From an uncultured Deinococcales bacterium (GTDB taxonomy: Bacteria; Deinococcota; Deinococci; Deinococcales; JAAFIG01), in contig CAXTKV010000042.1 in NCBI GenBank assembly GCA_964244895.1, forward strand, positions 1 to 30,148: DNA of 30,148 nt, given 5' to 3'. The translations under genes and the position numbers were made by a program. Within the stretch, counting starts at the first letter, position 1, and the number at the start of each line of letters is the position of its first letter. The notes below the pieces were generated by a model. It made no database searches. It was not told where the DNA came from and saw only the letters and a program-made list of their open reading frames with translations. Positions 26,044 to 30,148 of the stretch are shown here, one piece after another.

Positions 26044-26616
26044 TTATGTTCTGTCGCGCTCGTACGCCAGGGCGACCACGCCGGATTGAAAGGATTTCGT
26101 CTCGAGCAGCTTCAATTTGGCTGGTTTCGCGGCGTCGGTGAACATCGGAATGCCGCGTCCCAGAACGACGGGATTGACGGTGATTCGGTATTCGTCGATC
26201 AAATCCATCTCCATGAAGGTGTGCGTCAGGCTGGGGCTGCCGAAGATCATCAGGTGCTTTCCGGGCTGGCTTTTGAGTTGAGCGATTTCTTCGGCGATGT
26301 TGTCCTTGGCCAGCCTCGAGTTGTTCCATTCAACTTGCGCTGCGCTTCTCGAGAACACGATTTTGGTGGCGTGCTCGACCCAGCGCGCGTGGTCGAGGTC
26401 GTGCCTGGTCGCGTCCGGGTTCGAGGGTATGGTCGGCCAGTAGGCTTCCATCATGCGGTAGGTGACGCGACCATACAGTGCGGTGTCCGTGGTGCTGATC
26501 AGCTGGTCAACGTAGGTCGTGATCTCGTCATCGATGCAAATCCAATCGAGTCGACCGTCGAGCGTGCCGACGAATCCATCGAGCGACGAGTGCATCAACA
26601 GAATGACTTTTCTCAT
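26044..26616 (-). CDS. Dihydrofolate-reductase-family protein (RibD C-terminal domain)
   Basis: MRKVIL.MH.SLDGFV, L.GRVTY..M..YWP, K.VFS, GS..L...F...DLIDEY...VNPVVLG.G.P.F; SD GGAGG. Confidence 0.9.
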   Translation of the reverse strand: MRKVILLMHSSLDGFVGTLDGRLDWICIDDEITTYVDQLISTTDTALYGRVTYRMMEAYWPTIPSNPDATRHDLDHARWVEHATKIVFSRSAAQVEWNNSRLAKDNIAEEIAQLKSQPGKHLMIFGSPSLTHTFMEMDLIDEYRITVNPVVLGRGIPMFTDAAKPAKLKLLETKSFQSGVVALAYERDRT

Positions 26617-26936
26617 GTGATCCTCCGCGTTCTCGCTGGGGTTCTGTGTCTGCGGGTCTCGAGCGACTGAAGTTGATGCCCGCACTGTAAAAGTTATTTG
26701 CGTAATTCTATGACAGGTTACGCTCGTAACGTCGACTGGCGCATGAGTGACTACGGCTGGATTCTCGAGAGCTCGCGGAGCCCGTGAGGTGCTTTCTGAA
26801 ATGCAAGCACAGAGTTGTTTTGGAGTCGCGCGTTGGCTTCTCGGTTTGCGCGCAACTCATCAATTGGGCTCGAAGGCGATATTCGCAAACGACCGAGATG
26901 GGGTTCGATTCGTACCAGACGAAATAATCATGATTA

Positions 26937-26952
26937 AGTCAGTTGACTAACT
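26937..26952. promoter_or_regulatory. Second candidate TetR operator, downstream of tetR
   Basis: AGTCAGTTGACTAACT is 13/16 identical to the reverse complement of 27588-27603; a minus-strand TAAAGT -10-like box overlaps its edge. Confidence 0.6.
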
Positions 26953-26989
26953 TTAGTTCAAAACGACGCAATTTGTTCGCGTGGCGATT

Positions 26990-27568
26990 TCAAAAACTCG
27001 CCGCTGTGACCAACAACCAATCTTCCAGACGGTCGAGTTGGCGTTCGAGAAATTCGCTCGAACCGAGCTGATTGGCCAGCAAATAACTTCCCTGAAGCGA
27101 GCAGATCAATTCTTCGGCCAGTTCACCGGATCGTTCCGCCGCCCCTAGCGCACTGAACTGTTCGGTTGCAAACTCGAGGTACATCTCGAGCAATTTGGTC
27201 GGCTTGCCGCCTGAAACTTTTTGAAGCTCCCGCCCAATTCCGGCGAAGGGGCAGCCGCGTTCGGTCAGTTCTGCCTGGTTTCGTCTGGCGTCTCGGATCA
27301 GCATCATCAACCGCTCCAGGGGTTCCGGGTCGAGCGATGCCGCCTCGAATTGACCGCGCAATTCTTCGGCTCGATTGGCGACGACTGCTTCAACCAATTC
27401 GTCTTTGGTGCGGAAATGGTAGTAGACGTTACCCGTTGGAATTCGGGCTGTTTTGGCGATGTCGGCCAGGGTCGTGGCGTTGATACCCCGCTGGTGAAAT
27501 CTGAGCTTGGCGGCCTCGAGCAGCCTGTCTCGAGGTGGTTTTGCGGGGTTTTTGCTGGTTTTTGGCAT
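26990..27568 (-). CDS. TetR/AcrR-family regulator (LmrA/YxaF-like C-terminus)
   Basis: RDRLLEAA...FH..GI.ATTLADIA..A.IP.GNVYYHFRTKDELV; C-terminal GCP and LQG..LLA. Confidence 0.92.
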   Translation of the reverse strand: MPKTSKNPAKPPRDRLLEAAKLRFHQRGINATTLADIAKTARIPTGNVYYHFRTKDELVEAVVANRAEELRGQFEAASLDPEPLERLMMLIRDARRNQAELTERGCPFAGIGRELQKVSGGKPTKLLEMYLEFATEQFSALGAAERSGELAEELICSLQGSYLLANQLGSSEFLERQLDRLEDWLLVTAASF

Positions 27569-27587
27569 GATTTCTCCGTGATTTATT

Positions 27588-27603
27588 AGTCAGCTAACTG
27601 ACT
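27588..27603. promoter_or_regulatory. Candidate TetR autoregulatory operator
   Basis: AGTCAG-ctaa-CTGACT palindrome overlapping the end of a minus-strand TGgTATAAG box, upstream of the SD. Confidence 0.7.
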
Positions 27604-28109
27604 TATACCATTTCAGAGGGTGAATTGAGTCGGTTTTTGATCACAGAATTCTTTCAAAAAGCTTCGGAAATTCATCGGCTCGGGTGCCAGAATATGCGAC
27701 CAGCACGTCGTTTTTGAGATGCGCTGTAAGTCTTGTGTAATGCCGCACAGGGCACACTGTCTGGCAGTGAAGCATTTGTGCATCGAGTTCCAAAAAAACC
27801 TGATCGCGGCGTTCGCCGCCGCGCTTGAACCTGCCTTCGACTCACGGCCCAGCTTTCGTTCACTTCGTGCGCGAGACGGAGAGCCGACGGGCATTTGACG
27901 TGCGCCAAACGCTGTCTTCCGGAGTTCTCGCTGCGCTCTTGACGTTGGTTCTGAGCGCATTCTGGCCGTCTGGCGGCGAGGCTCAAATCAAGCCGATCAG
28001 CATCAAAACGGACGACCGCAATACGCCGACTGCGAGTAAAGCCATCCTTGTCCAAGCTGCCATCAAAAATCCGAATCCGCCCGTACCAGACTTCAGAGGG
28101 CGTGCAGCC

Positions 28110-30148
28110 GTGAAGCCGCGCCTGTTCGCGCTGTTGTCGATCCTGGGCTTGTCGATTCCAGGTGCTTCAGCCAGCGCCGGGGTGTACTTGCCGCTGGTCA
28201 ACGTCGGGACGCAGTTGCGCTGGTCGAACACGCCGGACGATTTCCGGCTGGTCGTGACCGCGCCGCAGAGCGCGAGCCAGACCGCGCAGAACCCCGTCAA
28301 ATCCAGCCCAGTCAAGCTCGAGATTTACAGCCCGAACTTGAACCTTCAGGATTACGCCAACAAGCGCGACAACCCGCAGTACATCGGTGACGAGCGCTAC
28401 AACAAGGCGGATTTCTTCACGCGATTCCGGTTGCGCAATTCCAAAAACGAGGTCGTGACCGAAAAGACCTTCGGCCTGAGCCGGGCGCACACCTGGGCAA
28501 CGTTTCTGAATCAGAACCTTCAGCCCGGAAGCTACCCGTTGGAAATCAAATCCGGCGGCTACGGCAAGAACGCCTTCGGGCTGGTGGCGAGCGGCAACGT
28601 GCGGCTCGAGGCGAGCCAGTTCACCGTCAACGCTCGGGGCAAGATCGGCACGGAATTGTTGGCCGCGCGTTTGCCCGTCTCTGCTTCCTTGATCGGGCAG
28701 CGCGTGCGGGTTTCCAACTACGACGCGGACGGCGAGAACGAACTGGTGTTGTACGCGATCTACCCGAACGGCCAGCGCCACCGTCTGGTGTCCTCGGGCG
28801 ACGTGACCTGGGCGTCGGAAGATGTCTTGGTCACGAAGGAACTCGTGGGGACGTGGCAAATCGTGGCGCGGATCGGCAAGAAGCCGAAGCAGTTCTCGAA
28901 CAGCTTCGCGTTTCGGCTGCAAGCGGTCGGGGTGAAAGCCAGCCCGTTGTACGCGCAGTTGCCCGTGACCGCGCCGACCCATCCGCCCGTGACGCCACCA
29001 GCGCCAGCCACCCCACCACCAGCGACTCCTGTAGCGCAGACCCTCGGGCCAATTCAGGTGTCCGTCGTGGACGAGGCCGGACAGGGCGTGCCGGGCGCAG
29101 GTTACGACATCGCGGGCGAGTCTGAGCGCCGCGTCAGCTTTCGGTTGCCGCGAGGTTACGTGCGCACTGCCACGGAAATCACCGATGGGGACGGCATTCT
29201 CGAGGATCGAGGGAACACCGTGCTGGTCGGTGTTCGTGGCGCGAGCATCCGGTTTACGGTTCGCCACATGCGCGCGACATTGACCGTCAGAACGGTCGCG
29301 GAACTCGGATCGGAACGCATCAATCTGGAGGGCGTGCCGGTCACGGTGGACGGCTGGACGCAAGCTTCAGGCTCGAGCTTCAACCTCAGGCCGGGAACGT
29401 GGGTCGTCGAACCCACGATGCTGCCCGGAGCGCAGGCGCAAGCCGTGACGGTCGAGCTCACAGATGGCGCGAGTCAGACCGTGACCATCGCGTACCGGGT
29501 CGAGGCGAAGCTGCAACTCGAGGCGGATCGCTCAGTGTTGAGCATCGGTGATGCGGTCAAGTTGACGGCGGTGGCCAGCACGGAATTCCCGTACGCGGTT
29601 CCAGTAACGATGGCGCTCGGGTTGCCCGGTGAGCTTCACACGGATGCGCGATTGATGCTCCAGGGCCGAATTCAGGCCGACCGACCGCTCGCGTTCGAGC
29701 TTTTGGCAGACGCGATCGCGCCGTCACCCAGCGCGACGGTCGCGGCGCGACTCCAGCCGTTCGATCAATCCGAATCCGTGCAGCTCGAGATCAAGGCTTC
29801 ACCGACCGCAACCTCTCCCCCGCCACCCGCACCGCCCGCACCGACACCGCCAGCGCAGGCGGATCTGGAGGTCACGCACGGCGCCGAACCGAACCCCGTC
29901 GAGATCGGCAACACGGCGACCTACACCATCAACCTGACCAATTTCGGGCCGGACGCAGCGCAAAACGCTCGCGTTCGATTCCCGCTGGTGGATGGCGCGA
30001 AGCTCGAATCCTGGAGCGCCAGCCAGGGAAGCTGCGCGGTCGTTGACGGGGCGCTCGAGTGCGACCTGGATCGCCTTGAGGCTGGCGCGACCGGGCTGGT
30101 GCTGGTCGTGGTCAAACCGATGGCGCTGGGCTTGTTGAACACGACCGT
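28110..30148 (+). CDS. Secreted multidomain DUF11-containing protein (partial, runs off window end)
   Basis: Open frame from GTG 28110 to the window end; absent from the ORF track because it has no stop. Signal peptide MKPRLFALLSILGLSIPGASA; two Pro/Thr/Ala linkers; DUF11 motif ADLEVT...EPNPVEIG..ATYTI.LTN.GPD.A.N..V. Confidence 0.88.
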   Translation, partial: MKPRLFALLSILGLSIPGASASAGVYLPLVNVGTQLRWSNTPDDFRLVVTAPQSASQTAQNPVKSSPVKLEIYSPNLNLQDYANKRDNPQYIGDERYNKADFFTRFRLRNSKNEVVTEKTFGLSRAHTWATFLNQNLQPGSYPLEIKSGGYGKNAFGLVASGNVRLEASQFTVNARGKIGTELLAARLPVSASLIGQRVRVSNYDADGENELVLYAIYPNGQRHRLVSSGDVTWASEDVLVTKELVGTWQIVARIGKKPKQFSNSFAFRLQAVGVKASPLYAQLPVTAPTHPPVTPPAPATPPPATPVAQTLGPIQVSVVDEAGQGVPGAGYDIAGESERRVSFRLPRGYVRTATEITDGDGILEDRGNTVLVGVRGASIRFTVRHMRATLTVRTVAELGSERINLEGVPVTVDGWTQASGSSFNLRPGTWVVEPTMLPGAQAQAVTVELTDGASQTVTIAYRVEAKLQLEADRSVLSIGDAVKLTAVASTEFPYAVPVTMALGLPGELHTDARLMLQGRIQADRPLAFELLADAIAPSPSATVAARLQPFDQSESVQLEIKASPTATSPPPPAPPAPTPPAQADLEVTHGAEPNPVEIGNTATYTINLTNFGPDAAQNARVRFPLVDGAKLESWSASQGSCAVVDGALECDLDRLEAGATGLVLVVVKPMALGLLNTT
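29177..29235. repeat. Dispersed palindromic doublet inside the DUF11 CDS, spacing 36 bp
   Basis: AATCACCGA tgggg ACGGCATTC tcgaggatcgagg GAACACCGT gctgg TCGGTGTTC; centres 29188 and 29224. Confidence 0.75.

Noticed and set aside
27745..27781. c-di-GMP riboswitch (GCACAGGGCACAC resembles the start of a class I aptamer)
   Set aside because: The GNRA tetraloop, the GCAAAG junction and the second stem are missing; the class II pattern is not matched either.
258..29235. Repeats as a CRISPR array
   Set aside because: Copies are dispersed, never more than two in a row and degenerate, and there are no cas genes.

Overview
GC-rich bacterial chromosome segment, most likely Deinococcota. This rests on the Deinococcus/Thermus-type RecG N-terminal extension, many apparently leaderless genes with a TANNNT box 5-6 nt before the start codon, and a DUF11 surface protein. 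Genes in order: 3' end of a DUF6174-like gene, manC, rfbD, a HutC/GntR regulator divergent from a family-5 ABC importer (two tandem binding proteins, two permeases, no ATPase), a PHI-1/EXORDIUM-like protein, lspA, a GntR-GNAT-phosphotriesterase-like unit, a VOC protein, a divergent class II aldolase, a GH5 lipoprotein, a dienoyl-CoA-reductase-like SDR, TetR plus a GT1 glycosyltransferase, a GNAT, recG, an AT-richer orphan membrane gene, Uma2, a DHFR-like gene, TetR, and a DUF11 protein running off the right end. The most striking signal is non-coding. A 23-bp palindrome, GAACACCGT-N5-ACGGTGTTC, occurs at 18 loci, 17 of them as doublets. Centre-to-centre spacing is 25-26 bp (10 loci) or 35-36 bp (6 loci), one helical turn apart, with one outlier at 40 bp. 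One doublet lies inside a CDS. This looks like a dispersed, helically phased protein-binding-site system rather than an ordinary REP hairpin. CTCGAG is also heavily over-represented (about 135-140 copies by hand count). All counts and family calls are by eye; no searches were run.
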